This document shows positions 1-12,060 of a stretch of DNA of 64,000 nt, piece after piece. The notes under the pieces are model-generated. The model was not told the DNA's origin. It worked only from the letters and a program-made list of their open reading frames with translations, and did not search any database. The position numbers were made by a program, and so were the translations under genes. Every line of letters starts with the position of its first letter. The first letter of the stretch is position 1. Source of the DNA: an archaeon (GTDB lineage Archaea; Nanobdellota; Nanobdellia; SCGC-AAA011-G17; GW2011-AR17). The stretch lies in the NCBI GenBank assembly GCA_018656555.1, contig JABHZQ010000020.1, positions 10,764 to 74,763 of the forward strand, given 5' to 3'.

Positions 1-86
1 TCAGAAATAAATCATATATAAATCTTTCTATTTGTTACTACTGTAAAATAACAAACTATTTAAACTATAAATTCCCCTAAATTCCT

Positions 87-605
87 ATGGATGCAGCACA
101 AATGAGGGAACATCAATTGCGATTAATTGGTGGGAACTATAGAACTGACGAGAGAACACTTGAAGTTTATGAATTTATGATTGGAAAACCCAATAGGGAG
201 TTAGCAAGAGTCCTTACTCATTTTGATCAAACTGAAGGTCTAGGGCATTTATATTATCCTGGACAAGGTTTGCATATTTTACCAAGAGATACTTTGGGAG
301 TTGATAGAGTTACACATCTTTCTTTAGATACTGATTATTTTGAACTTTTTGGAGAAGGAATAAAAGTTCAAGGAGATTATAGAACTTCACCTTTTCCTGA
401 TAATAGTTTTGGTTCTACTTTAGTTTGGGGATTAACACAACCTTCAATTGTTGAAGCTATTGATGATATTTTAAGAGTTACAAAAGAAAATGGTTTAATA
501 GTTGTCGGGCAGAGTAGATATTTTGCTGATATTATTAAAGATAGATTAAAAAGAGTTGCTTCACCTGTTGAAGAAATAGATGTTTTTAGAAATAATTGTT
601 CTTAG
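87..605 (+). CDS. hypothetical protein
   Basis: 172-aa ORF with an ATG and an upstream TATA-like tttaaactataaat. I could not assign conserved motifs. Confidence 0.4.
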   Translation: MDAAQMREHQLRLIGGNYRTDERTLEVYEFMIGKPNRELARVLTHFDQTEGLGHLYYPGQGLHILPRDTLGVDRVTHLSLDTDYFELFGEGIKVQGDYRTSPFPDNSFGSTLVWGLTQPSIVEAIDDILRVTKENGLIVVGQSRYFADIIKDRLKRVASPVEEIDVFRNNCS

Positions 606-689
606 TATGAAACAATAGCGTCCTTTCTAGTATATGTTTTGGTTAAAAAAGAAAAAAATAATGAAAACCATACACAGGCAGAGTTTAAA

Positions 690-3600
690 ATAGATTAAAC
701 TATTGGAAACTGCATGCTGAATACCTCGCCGAAGCTTGGTACTTACACACCAGTCCCATCAAACCCCTGTTTTGGGGGTGTTTTAGGTCTCTTTTTGCGG
801 TGTCTTTCGTGCTTAGATGCTTTCAGCACTTATGACTTGCTGCGTAGCTGCCCTGCCTGCCTTATCAGACAACAGGTACACCAGAGGCAACGAACCTCTG
901 TTCCTCTCGTACTAAGAGATCCTTCCACTCAGACCTTTGACATCTCCAGTAGATATCATACAAACTGTCTCGCAACGTTCTTAACCCAGCTCACGAACCG
1001 CTTTAACCGGTGAACACCCGTACCCTTGGGCGCTTCTGCACGCCCAGGATGCGATGAGCCGACAACGAAGTAGCAAGCCGCGCCGTCGCTTTGGGCGCTT
1101 AGGCGCGACAACTCAGTTATCCCCAGGATAGCTTTTCTGTCATACTCGGCCCCCATCAAGGAGGACACGAGGGTTCGCTAGACCAATCTTTCGATGCTGC
1201 ATTTCTTGCTTTTCAAAATACAGTCAGGCAAGCTTTTGCTCTTGCACTCTCCTCCGGATTTCTGAACCGGATGAGCTTACCTTTGGGCCCAATTGATATC
1301 TTTTCAACTGGGTGCCGCCCCAGCCAAACTGTCTACCAACTGCTGTCCTTTCTTTCAAAAGTGAGTGTTGCAAAATGCAAAGGGTGGTGTCTCATTGTCG
1401 TCTATTCCTGATCTGGCGACCAGAACATAACAACTACCACCTACACTGCACAATGTATCTCACAACACAACAATAAGCTACAGTAAAGTTCCATGGGGTC
1501 TTCGCTTCCCACTGGAGATCTCTGGACTTCACACCAGAATGTAATGTTCGGGGGCATCTAGTTTGGGACAATAGGGACCTCGTTACGCCATTCATGCAGG
1601 TCGTCATTTAAACGACAAGGCATTTAGCTACCTTAAGAGAATTATAGTTATTCCCGCCGTTTACCTGCTCTTAGCTCCCTTGGAAAGGAGTTTGAAGTAC
1701 AGGCACTGGGCAGACGTCACAAACTATACACACCATTGCTGGCTAGCAGTTTGTTAGGTTTTTGTTAAACAGTCGGGTCCCCCTTGTAATTGCACCCTGT
1801 AATCGCATTCATATGAATACAATCGCAGGGACCCCTTATACCAAAGAGACGGGGCTAAACTGTCGAATTCCCTAAACTAGGTTAAACCCTCAGACCTTGA
1901 GCTTCTCACCCTGAGACACCAGTGCTGGTTCTAGGTATAGTTACTCTCGATTCTTCCATTTTCCCTTTTCACGGACTCCAGATATCAATCCAACAGACAC
2001 AAGGCCTGCTCATTATAGATTTAATCTATTTCTCACCATTATGGTACTCCATAGATTTATTCTATTTAACAATCACGATGATGATTGTGGGTCTATTCCG
2101 AAGTGTTAGAAATATGGCTTGCGTTGCCGCACGTACAAGAGTAGTACAGGAATATTAACCTGTTTCCCTTTCCCAAAAGTCCAGTTAGGATTTTGGTTAG
2201 GACTAACTAACTCTCAGCTGATCTACATTGCTGAGAAACCCTTGCTCTTTCGGTCCTAGAGATTCTCACTCTAAATAGCTCCTACTTTTACCAGGATTCT
2301 CATCTCGACTCGGTTCAGCAACATTCACATATTGCCTTTTTCCCAAGCAGAGCGCCTACCTACCCCACTCCATCCTCGAGGATGGGTGGCTATAGTATCG
2401 GTAACTGATTTAGCCCCGTCCATTTTCAGGGCATGTGACCTTGACAGGTGAGCTGTTACGCTTTCTTTAAAGGATGGCTGCTTCTAAGCCAACCTCCCCG
2501 CTGTCTGTGGTGACAAACACCTTTCGCCCTTTAACACTTAACCAGTACTTAGGGACCTTAACTATAGTGAGGGCTGTTCCCCTCTAGCAACACAAGTTTA
2601 CCCCGGTGCCGCCGTTTCCAGACTTCTACGATGTTAAGGCATTTGGAGTTGGACAAGAAGGTGAAGGATTTCTCCCCCGGGCCCTCAAATCCGTAGCTCT
2701 ACCTCCTCAACTATCTCAGTCCAGACTAGACTTAGGCCTATTTCGGTAGGAACCAGCTATTACCGGGCTCGATTGGCTTTTCACCCCTAGCCGCAGATTA
2801 TAAGAACGTATGCACACAGCAACTCTTCAGGCCTCCACCATCCATACAGACGGCTTCACCTTACCCACGGCTAGATCGCCCGGTTTCGGGTAGTACTCTA
2901 GTGACTTCTGGCATTTTCATACCATTCTCCTTGCAAGCTGCGAGAAATTGGTTTCCCTGCGAGTACATCCTTGAAAGATTTACTCTTGCCACTAAAGCAC
3001 ACTCCCTGGCTCGTTATTCGAAACGCACGATACAACTCCTAAAAGCTGTATCTTACTGTAACCATTAGATTTCAGGCTCTTTTAACTCTCTATCACGAGT
3101 TCTTTTCAACGTTCCCTCACGGTACTATTCGCTATCGGATTCAAGACATATTTAGAGTTGGAAGTTGATGTCTCCCAAATTCGTGCACAATATCAAATGT
3201 GCCTTACTCTAGATACTATCACTCCTTGTAGAACTTCTCTAAGGGGCTATCACCCTCTTTGGCACTCCTTTCCAGGAGACTTTGAGTATTCTACTTAAGG
3301 TATAAAAGATAGTCTTAACACCACATTTCCATAACATTTCTGTTAAGGATTCAGTTTGCTCTATTCCGTTTTCTCTCGCTGATATTCACGGAATCTCAAT
3401 TGATTTCTTTTCCTCTAGGTACTGAGACGCTTCAATTCCCTAGGTTCCTCGCCCTCTCGGACTTAATGAGAAGTCTCATTCGGGGATCTTTGGTTCAAAG
3501 GCTGCATGCGCCTAGCCAAAGCTTTTCGTTGCTTGCCACGCCCTTCATCAGTGTCTTGAACCAAGTCCTCCATCTAATGGTGTAGTAGCTATTTAAACTC
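690..3600 (-). rRNA. rrl: 23S ribosomal RNA, ends approximate (about +/-30 nt)
   Basis: The plus strand carries reverse complements of 23S landmarks: gcttagatgctttcagc (811-827), the sarcin-ricin loop AGTACGAGAGGAAC (about 890-915), and the 5' region GATGAAGGGCGTGGCAAGC (3520-3560). Length is about 2.9 kb. Confidence 0.85.
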
Positions 3601-3737
3601 TGCCTATGTACGGTATCATTGAATATGATATTTTATTCACCAAGGTTCTAACCTGATGATACCCTTCACACATGATACTACATCAAGTGTTGCATTTGGT
3701 ATTTGATTATATGAACTCGCACTCTGTATGAGTCCAA

Positions 3738-3811
3738 TGGACTCGTCGGGATTCGAACCCGAGGCCCCCTCCTTGCAAGGGAGGTGCTCTACCAGACTGA
3801 GCTACGAGCCC
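3738..3811 (-). tRNA. tRNA-Ala(UGC) in the 16S-23S spacer, no encoded CCA
   Basis: Reverse complement reads GGGCTCGTAGCTCAG...CCTTGCAAGG...GGTTCGAATCCCGACGAGTCCA, with a G3:U70 pair, anticodon-loop CTTGCAA and T-loop TTCGAAT. Confidence 0.9.
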
Positions 3812-3866
3812 ACGACTGAATGTGTATGGGCATTTGAGTATGTAGTGATTGCAATTATAAAAAAAA

Positions 3867-5349
<1,483 letters not shown>

Positions 5350-5652
5350 ACTATTTATTAGTACTTAAAGAAATTGAATAGAACCACTACATTCTACTCG
5401 GCCCATACATCATACTTAATTTTTTAATCAGGTACTCATTAAAATTGAAGAAAAGTTGTCACCAATCTATCTTCTATATTTTTTGAAATTTAGCTCATAT
5501 TTAAAGGTTTTTATTTTTTATTTCTCTTTCTTTTCTCTTTTTTCAGTCGCTTCCTCTGCCACTTCCATCTCATCTGTCCTTTCTTTTTCCACCTTCGTGA
5601 ACTTCTTTTCATTGAACCTTTGGGAAATTTCGGTATTTATAAAGGTTTCTGC

Positions 5653-6102
5653 TCAAGATATGCATTTAAGAAGATTATAGAAAGGTTCATTTATTGAGAT
5701 TTGAAAATATTCCTCGAGAGGAATTGAGAGGTACTTATTATTTACTAAAAATCTTTTAAATTGAATTGCTTTACTTGCGGGCATGCAATACCAAGTTGAA
5801 TAATGTACTTGATTATTTGAGATAATGTACCACACTTGCATGTTAAAATATTTTTGAAGGTTGTTGTATTTTATTATTTCTTTGTAATCTAAACAAATCT
5901 TTTTATGTTTCTTTAATGGGGTTGTGTCTTTGATATCAATTAGTATAGAACCAAAGTTTGGAATTAGAATAAAGAAGTCTGGTCTTTTTGTGTTAAATTG
6001 TTTTAATGTTTTTGAATATGTTTCTAAATCTTGTTGGATAAACCAAAATGGAATGTTGTGTTTGTTGAGGTAGGATTGGAATTGTTGTTCTGCTTTGTTC
6101 AT
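5653..6102 (-). CDS. PD-(D/E)xK-type nuclease-like protein (NERD-like)
   Basis: 149 aa; the motif RPDFFILIPNFGSILIDIKD fits the PD...(D/E)xK signature. Confidence 0.4.
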   Translation of the reverse strand: MNKAEQQFQSYLNKHNIPFWFIQQDLETYSKTLKQFNTKRPDFFILIPNFGSILIDIKDTTPLKKHKKICLDYKEIIKYNNLQKYFNMQVWYIISNNQVHYSTWYCMPASKAIQFKRFLVNNKYLSIPLEEYFQISINEPFYNLLKCIS

Positions 6103-6199
6103 AATTATTTTATTGTTGTTGTTTTATTAAGAGTTGTTGAAGGAATGTTGTAAGATTTTCAGAAAAAGGTTTATAAATTTCGGATGCTGTTGAATAATT

Positions 6200-7183
6200 A
6201 TGAATGAGTTGTTTAAACATTATAATCTTGGTACTTATTTGAGACATAAAGAGATTGATGAAGGGGTTGAGAATAGTAATTTTAAAGTTAGAACTACAAA
6301 GGGTTGGTATTTTGTAAAAAAGTATGCTAGTAAGTTTAAGCCAGGTTATATTCGACGAGTGAATCAAGTGTTGGTGGAAATTGGAAGGTCTGATTTACCA
6401 GTTGCTCCACCTTTCTTTACTAAGGATGGAGATAGTTTGGTTGTTTTGGATGATGGAGTGTATTGTGTTTATCCCTTTATTGAAGGTGAGCCTTACTTTT
6501 TAGATGAGACTTTTACTCATGATCCTGTAAAACATTTGAATGCAGCAAAGGTGTTGGCTAAGTTGCATAAGAAGGTTGTAAGTTTGCCTCCGCGTATGAG
6601 AAATAGATTTTCTTTTGATAAGGTTAAAGAGATAAAATCTTTATGGGGTAAGTTTTTGGTTGAGATTGAGAAGAAGGATATGAGATATGGTTGGGAGAAT
6701 AAACTTGTTGATCTTATTTATTACATTAGGGATTTGTTTTTAGGGATGGAACAAGAGTTTAAGAAATTGAAAGGTGGGGGTGGTTCTTTGTTGCATGGAG
6801 ATTATCATGCTTTTCAGTTGAAGTTTACTAATAAAGAAGTTGCGGCTGTATTGGATTTTGATCTTATGGAGTTTGGCCCGGTTGAATATGATGTTACAAG
6901 TAGTTCTATGTCTTTTGTTCGTGATTATTGGAGTTATGATTTGAAAAGAATGAAAGAATTTATTGATGCTTATATGGAAGTTAATGGTGAGTTGGATTTA
7001 GATGCAGAGAAAATAATTCTTTGGTTGATGTTTGCAACAATTGATACTATTTGTTTTTATGTTAGATTGATTTATGAGAAGAACACAGAGAAAAATTGGG
7101 AGATGTTGTATTATCATATGAATGGTTTGAAGTGGATTATGGAACACCAAGCTGAGTTTTATGATGTTTTTCAAAAGCATTAA
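6200..7183 (+). CDS. phosphotransferase-family kinase (APH/choline-kinase-like)
   Basis: 327 aa; catalytic-loop-like LLHGDYHAFQ and the metal-binding DFDLMEFGP motif typical of the APH/CotS family. Confidence 0.65.
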   Translation: MNELFKHYNLGTYLRHKEIDEGVENSNFKVRTTKGWYFVKKYASKFKPGYIRRVNQVLVEIGRSDLPVAPPFFTKDGDSLVVLDDGVYCVYPFIEGEPYFLDETFTHDPVKHLNAAKVLAKLHKKVVSLPPRMRNRFSFDKVKEIKSLWGKFLVEIEKKDMRYGWENKLVDLIYYIRDLFLGMEQEFKKLKGGGGSLLHGDYHAFQLKFTNKEVAAVLDFDLMEFGPVEYDVTSSSMSFVRDYWSYDLKRMKEFIDAYMEVNGELDLDAEKIILWLMFATIDTICFYVRLIYEKNTEKNWEMLYYHMNGLKWIMEHQAEFYDVFQKH

Positions 7184-7208
7184 AAAGTTTGTTGTTGTAG
7201 ATTAAGTT

Positions 7209-7757
7209 ATGAAGATTCATTTTAAGAAACCTAAACTTTCTGTTATTTTTGGGGTTGTTGGTTTTTTACTTGTAGTGATATTATTTTCTTCTACTATTGG
7301 AAGATCTTGGTTTTATGGTCAGCATCCAAGTCTTTTGTATTTGTATATATTGAACTTTGCAGGGTATTTGTTTTTCCTTGTTATGCCAGTTGAAGCTTTA
7401 GTTCCTTATTATATGTCCCTAGGTTATAATGGATTTCTTATTGGTGTGATTGTTATGGTAACTGCAATTTTAGCTCAGATGGTAGATTATTCAATTGGTT
7501 ATTTGTTACCTGATAGGGCTATTGAGAATATGATTGGTACGCGTAAATATGAAAAATTTACTAATTTAGTTGAGAAGTATGGTTCTTATGTAATCTTTCT
7601 TTTTAATTTGTTTCCTATTTCTTCTCCTATTGTTGTTTTGATCGCAGGGATGGAGAAGGTTGATTTTATGAAAACAATGAAATTGTGTTTCTTTGGTTTG
7701 TTTGTTAAATATACTTTTTGGATTTTAGGAACTTATTGGGTTTTGGGTTTGTTTTAA
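7209..7757 (+). CDS. DedA/VTT-domain-like membrane protein
   Basis: 182 aa, multiple TM segments, a Gly-rich C-terminal motif (LIAGM) resembling DedA. Confidence 0.4.
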   Translation: MKIHFKKPKLSVIFGVVGFLLVVILFSSTIGRSWFYGQHPSLLYLYILNFAGYLFFLVMPVEALVPYYMSLGYNGFLIGVIVMVTAILAQMVDYSIGYLLPDRAIENMIGTRKYEKFTNLVEKYGSYVIFLFNLFPISSPIVVLIAGMEKVDFMKTMKLCFFGLFVKYTFWILGTYWVLGLF

Positions 7758-7792
7758 GAAGTTTTTTATAGTATTAATGTCTGGTAGTTATT

Positions 7793-8545
7793 ATGAAAAT
7801 TGTTACTTTGTTGTTTATACTTTTTTTAGGGATTACAGGGAATACTGTTTCTGATGATCCTTTTAGTGGTGGAGTTCCTGATTCTGAAATTGAGTGTATG
7901 GAGAATTGTATTGGGGAGTATTGTACAATTGGTGATGTTGAATGTGCTGAGCCTTATACTGATGGATGTATGGATGAGTGTGGGGCTGTTATGCCTGAGC
8001 AAACTGAAGATGAACAGTGTGTTCAAGAGTGTTTGTATTCTAATTGTGGAGAGTTTGATTGGGATTGTCAAGATTCTGTAATTGCTGAGTGTGATGTTGA
8101 ATGTGGAATGTTGGGCGATGCACCAGATTGGGATGGCTTAAGTGAAGAAGAGCAGTGTATAACCCTTTGTGTTGCTGATATTGATCCTACTTTAATTTGT
8201 GGTGCTTCAAGTGAAGGAGAAACTGGGAATGAGATTTGTCAACAATGTGCAGAGGACTGTGTGTATTTATATGAAGGGCCCTGTTTGATGGATGAAGAGC
8301 TAACTGTGAAGGAAAATGATTGTGTTACTTGTGAACACTGTTATGGCTCACCTGTGATGGGAGATTCTGGTGAGGGTTATGAATGTATTGTGGATATAGA
8401 ATGTTTAGATGCTTCTGATGAGTTTGGTGATGATGCTGGTTCAGGACCTGGAATTGGTCAAGAAGGTTATGTTCCTGTTGAAGAAGAGAGTCCTAGTACT
8501 TTTATTAGTGGGGTTGTTGATTTTTTTAAGGGAATATTTAAATAG
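7793..8545 (+). CDS. secreted, highly acidic cysteine-rich protein
   Basis: Signal peptide MKIVTLLFILFLGITGNTVS; about 40 Cys organised as repeated E-C-x3-C units (ECMENC, QCVQEC, AECDVEC, QQCAEDC and others); very D/E rich. Confidence 0.6.
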   Translation: MKIVTLLFILFLGITGNTVSDDPFSGGVPDSEIECMENCIGEYCTIGDVECAEPYTDGCMDECGAVMPEQTEDEQCVQECLYSNCGEFDWDCQDSVIAECDVECGMLGDAPDWDGLSEEEQCITLCVADIDPTLICGASSEGETGNEICQQCAEDCVYLYEGPCLMDEELTVKENDCVTCEHCYGSPVMGDSGEGYECIVDIECLDASDEFGDDAGSGPGIGQEGYVPVEEESPSTFISGVVDFFKGIFK

Positions 8546-8566
8546 ATTATAGTTATCATTTATTTT

Positions 8567-9538
8567 ATGTTTAGAATTAAGACTAAAGATTTGGAAGTTT
8601 ATGAGAAGAAATGGGGGAGATGGGTTAAGGTTGATAAATTTCAGAGTGTTCTGAAGATTGTTAAACAGTTTAAGTTTTTTGGGAATTTGGATTTGTTAGT
8701 TGATAAGAAAAATCCAAAGTTTTTGAAGATGAGTAGAATTAATGTTCTTCCAGATGGTAGGAAGTTGGATAAGGCTTATTCTTTGTTTGCTGATGATTTG
8801 GTTGTTCATGGTGAGATTAATGATGATCATTGGGATGTTATGTTTAGGAATAAAAGTGGGAGTTACTCTTATGTTTATACTCTTGAGAAAAAGGAGAAGT
8901 TTGCTAAGAGGAAATATATTAAGGTTAGAAATTTTGAGAAGTATTATCCTAGGTTAAAGAGAAATGTGTTGAAAGGGTTAAGGAGTAATGAAGATTTTTC
9001 TTTAGAAATGTATACTTTGTTAAAAACTTGTATGAGAGTGGGTAATGGAGTTTATTATAATCTGTATAAACACAAAGGTTTGAGTACTTTAGAGAAAAGT
9101 GATATTTCAATTAAGGGGAGGGTGGTTAGTTTTAATTTTATTGGTAAAGATGGAGTTCCTATTTCTATTTCTGAAAGATTTCCAAAAAGTTATATTTTGG
9201 CACTTAGAAAGAGATTAAGGAAAAGTAAGTCTTTTGTGTTTACTTGTAATGGTCGATTTTTGTATGAAAGAGATTTTAAAAATGCATTTAGAAAGTATTG
9301 TGGGAAGGAGTTCTATCCTCATATTGTTCGTTCTTATTATGCTACAGTTGAAGCTAAGAAGTTATTGAAGAAAAGGAAGATTTCTAAGAAAGAGGCTAAT
9401 GATTTGTTTATGTCTATTGCTTCTAAGTTGGGGCATAAGAGATGTGTAAAAGGGGAGTGGAAGGATAACTTTACTGTTACTGTGAATCATTATATAGATC
9501 CTGCTATTGTTGAAAGGATTAAGAAGAGGATTAAATAA
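8567..9538 (+). CDS. DNA topoisomerase IB
   Basis: 323 aa; HIVRSYYATVEA matches the eukaryotic/poxviral FRTYNASITL segment, and the C-terminal TVNHYIDPAIV matches the catalytic SKLNYLDPRI tyrosine motif. Codon usage is host-like. Confidence 0.7.
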   Translation: MFRIKTKDLEVYEKKWGRWVKVDKFQSVLKIVKQFKFFGNLDLLVDKKNPKFLKMSRINVLPDGRKLDKAYSLFADDLVVHGEINDDHWDVMFRNKSGSYSYVYTLEKKEKFAKRKYIKVRNFEKYYPRLKRNVLKGLRSNEDFSLEMYTLLKTCMRVGNGVYYNLYKHKGLSTLEKSDISIKGRVVSFNFIGKDGVPISISERFPKSYILALRKRLRKSKSFVFTCNGRFLYERDFKNAFRKYCGKEFYPHIVRSYYATVEAKKLLKKRKISKKEANDLFMSIASKLGHKRCVKGEWKDNFTVTVNHYIDPAIVERIKKRIK

Positions 9539-10154
9539 ATTCTAAAATTTCTTCAGCAGAATTGATGATTTTGTCTGCTTTTGAAAGATCTTGTTTTTTT
9601 GTATGTTTATTAGGAAGAGCAAAACATTTCATTCCAGCTGCTTTTGCTGACTCTACTCCAACCTGTGAATCTTCAATTACTAAACACTCTTTTGGATTGA
9701 TGTTGAGTTTTTTAGCAGTTACTAGATATGGTTCAGGGGAAGGTTTTCTGTTTTTGTAATCTTCAGAAGTAACAATAACCTCAAATATATTATCTAATTT
9801 TGCTAATTTTAATACTTGGGAAGTACTTCTTTTAGATGAAGAAGTGGTTAAGGCTAAAGGTATTTTCCTATTATGTAGTTCTTTTATTAAAGAAATTGTT
9901 TTTTTGAATAAAGGAGTTGTTTTTATTAGTTCATGATATTCTTTTTTTTGTATTTTTTTGAATTCTTCATAGGAGAACTTGTATTTTTTTAGGAAGGATT
10001 TTTTGAAATCATCTGGGTGTCTTCCAATGATCCATTCTTTCTCTTCTTCTTTTATTTTTATTCCTAATTCTTTGAAAGCTTTGACTGTTGAATCTATATT
10101 TGTAGATTCTGAATCTATGATTATTCCATCTCTGTCAAATATGACTGCTTTCAT
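9531..10154 (-). CDS. HAD-superfamily hydrolase (beta-phosphoglucomutase-like phosphatase)
   Basis: N-terminal MKAVIFDRDGIIIDSE (DxDG motif I), followed by a C-terminal CLVIEDSQVGVESAKAAG segment. Confidence 0.8.
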   Translation of the reverse strand: MKAVIFDRDGIIIDSESTNIDSTVKAFKELGIKIKEEEKEWIIGRHPDDFKKSFLKKYKFSYEEFKKIQKKEYHELIKTTPLFKKTISLIKELHNRKIPLALTTSSSKRSTSQVLKLAKLDNIFEVIVTSEDYKNRKPSPEPYLVTAKKLNINPKECLVIEDSQVGVESAKAAGMKCFALPNKHTKKQDLSKADKIINSAEEILEFI

Positions 10155-10205
10155 TATGTTTTGAAAGATAAGGCAGTATAAAAGAATAACTGCCCTGCCA
10201 GGTAA

Positions 10206-10781
10206 CTAAAAAATTCTATTATCATTATTTTTTGCTCTTTCTACAAGTAATTTAACTCTTCTAGTTCTAGTCTCCTCTCGTTTACCCCTTAAAATCCATC
10301 TGAAAGCCATCTTTTTTACTGAAGGTGTGAATTTTTCAAAATTCTCTCTAGCCTTCTTATTCTTCCCTAAGGCATTTTTCAATTCAATAGGTATATTGGG
10401 GTTTTTGGGAATTCCAAAATCGTGTGTTGGTTTTTTAAGGCCCTCTTTGTAATATTGTAATCCAGAAGGAGCCATCTTACCTTGTTTAATCAAATCTTTA
10501 GCATATTGAATTGTATTATTACTCCATTTACTATTCTTGTTTCTTTTACAAAAAGTTCTTATGTACCTATCTTCGTCCAACTTTTTTATGGTGGTATCAA
10601 TCCAACCAAAACAAATCGCTTCCTCCATCAATTCTTTATGTGAGGGAGATGGTTTGCCTGTGTGTTTTTTATAGACTATAACTTCTATTTTAGTTTCGTG
10701 ATTGTGATTCTCGGCTAACCAATCTCTAAAATCATCTCTAGTAAGCACAGTTATTTGTTTCATTGTAATTAAGGAATACAA
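10206..10781 (-). CDS. YdeI/OmpD-associated family protein
   Basis: 191 aa; AICFGWIDT...and the C-terminal KREETRTRRV motif resemble the YdeI-like family. Confidence 0.55.
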   Translation of the reverse strand: MYSLITMKQITVLTRDDFRDWLAENHNHETKIEVIVYKKHTGKPSPSHKELMEEAICFGWIDTTIKKLDEDRYIRTFCKRNKNSKWSNNTIQYAKDLIKQGKMAPSGLQYYKEGLKKPTHDFGIPKNPNIPIELKNALGKNKKARENFEKFTPSVKKMAFRWILRGKREETRTRRVKLLVERAKNNDNRIF

Positions 10782-10827
10782 GTTTTTTATTAAAGATTGG
10801 TATATTCATGAAAATTGTAAGAAAAAC

Positions 10828-10902
10828 TGCCCCCGCCGGGATTTGAACCCGGGTCTTCACCTCGAAAGGGTGAAATGATTGACCGTGCTACACCACAGGG
10901 GC
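10828..10902 (-). tRNA. tRNA-Glu(UUC), no encoded CCA
   Basis: Reverse complement GCCCCTGTGGTGTAGC...TCACC-CTTTCGA-GGTGA...CCGGGTTCAAATCCCGG-CGGGGGC-A. Closely matches canonical archaeal tRNA-Glu. Confidence 0.85.
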
Positions 10903-10957
10903 ATATGTCTTTGGAAAATTATTGTCTTTATAATATTTTCGGATTGAAGGACTAGCC

Positions 10958-11281
10958 TTAAACCCATCTAAATATAAAAAATAAACCAAAAAGACCTGGA
11001 ATGATATACAAAATTGGATTGTTAACTCCTACAATTAAAAATAAAATGGCTAAAACTATTCCTACAAAACCCACAATCCAAAGATCTTTTGGTTGTTTTT
11101 TAGTAATTTTTGTGTAGATATTGTAAATTAAGTAGCCAATTAAGATAAAGAAACATAAAATTGAGAGAATAAAAAAGATTGCATCTTCAAACTTAAATAT
11201 AGCATAGAAGAAATTGTGTAATACTGTTGAAATTATTGAGATTGAAAATAATAACCAAATTATTCTTAATTGTCGGCTCAT
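10958..11281 (-). CDS. small integral membrane protein
   Basis: 107 aa with three or four hydrophobic helices. Confidence 0.45.
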   Translation of the reverse strand: MSRQLRIIWLLFSISIISTVLHNFFYAIFKFEDAIFFILSILCFFILIGYLIYNIYTKITKKQPKDLWIVGFVGIVLAILFLIVGVNNPILYIIPGLFGLFFIFRWV

Positions 11282-11375
11282 GTTTTATTGGGATGATTAA
11301 AATTATTTAATCTTTTGTATTATAAAATTAGTATATAGCAAATATTTATAAATAATTAAAGTAGCTATCTACTTA

Positions 11376-12059
11376 ATGAGTAAAATTATTGAATTAAAAG
11401 AGGTGTGGAAGACTTATATCATGGGAGAAGTTCCGGTTCATGCTTTAAGAGGAATTAATTTAACTGTGAGAAAAGGGGAGTTTGTTTCTATTCAAGGTCC
11501 TTCTGGTTCTGGGAAGAGTACGGCTATGTTTTTGGTAGGTTGTTTAGATCTGCCAACAAAAGGACATGTTTTTTTAGATAATAAAGATATTTCCAATTTG
11601 GATGAATCAGACCTTGCTCAGATTAGAGGGAAGAAGATAGGGTTTGTATTTCAGAGATTTAATTTGTTAAATACTTTAACAGCTATGCAGAATGTTCAAA
11701 TTCCTATGATGTTCCAAGGAGTTAGTGAAGATAAAAGAATTAAAAGGGCAGAAATGTTGTTAACTAGGGTGGGACTGGGTGAGAGGAGGTTTCACAAACC
11801 TACTGAGTTGTCTGGTGGAGAAATGCAGAGAGTTGCAATTGCTAGAGCTTTGGCAAATGATCCGGAAGTTATATTAGCTGATGAACCTACTGGTAATCTA
11901 GATTCAAAAACTGGAAAAGAGGTAATGCAGTTGTTAATTGATTTACATAAAAAAGAAAAAAGAACTATAATTATGGTCACACATGATAAAAATGTTGCAA
12001 ACTTGGCTGAAAGACAAATCTTTTTGAAAGATGGTCAAGTTGTAAAAGGAGGGAAGTAA
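11376..12059 (+). CDS. ABC transporter ATP-binding protein (MacB/LolD-like)
   Basis: Walker A GPSGSGKST, signature LSGGEMQRVAIARAL, Walker B ILADEPTGNLD. Confidence 0.9.
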   Translation: MSKIIELKEVWKTYIMGEVPVHALRGINLTVRKGEFVSIQGPSGSGKSTAMFLVGCLDLPTKGHVFLDNKDISNLDESDLAQIRGKKIGFVFQRFNLLNTLTAMQNVQIPMMFQGVSEDKRIKRAEMLLTRVGLGERRFHKPTELSGGEMQRVAIARALANDPEVILADEPTGNLDSKTGKEVMQLLIDLHKKEKRTIIMVTHDKNVANLAERQIFLKDGQVVKGGK

Positions 12060-12060
12060 A

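Noticed and set aside
5456-5680. 74-aa ORF upstream of the 16S gene
   Set aside because: Low-complexity, F/S-rich translation of a pyrimidine-rich region that is most likely the rRNA promoter and leader. No start context.
10828-10902. tRNA-Glu as a second integration site
   Set aside because: No repeat of either end of this tRNA was found elsewhere in the window, and the flanking genes are ordinary host genes.
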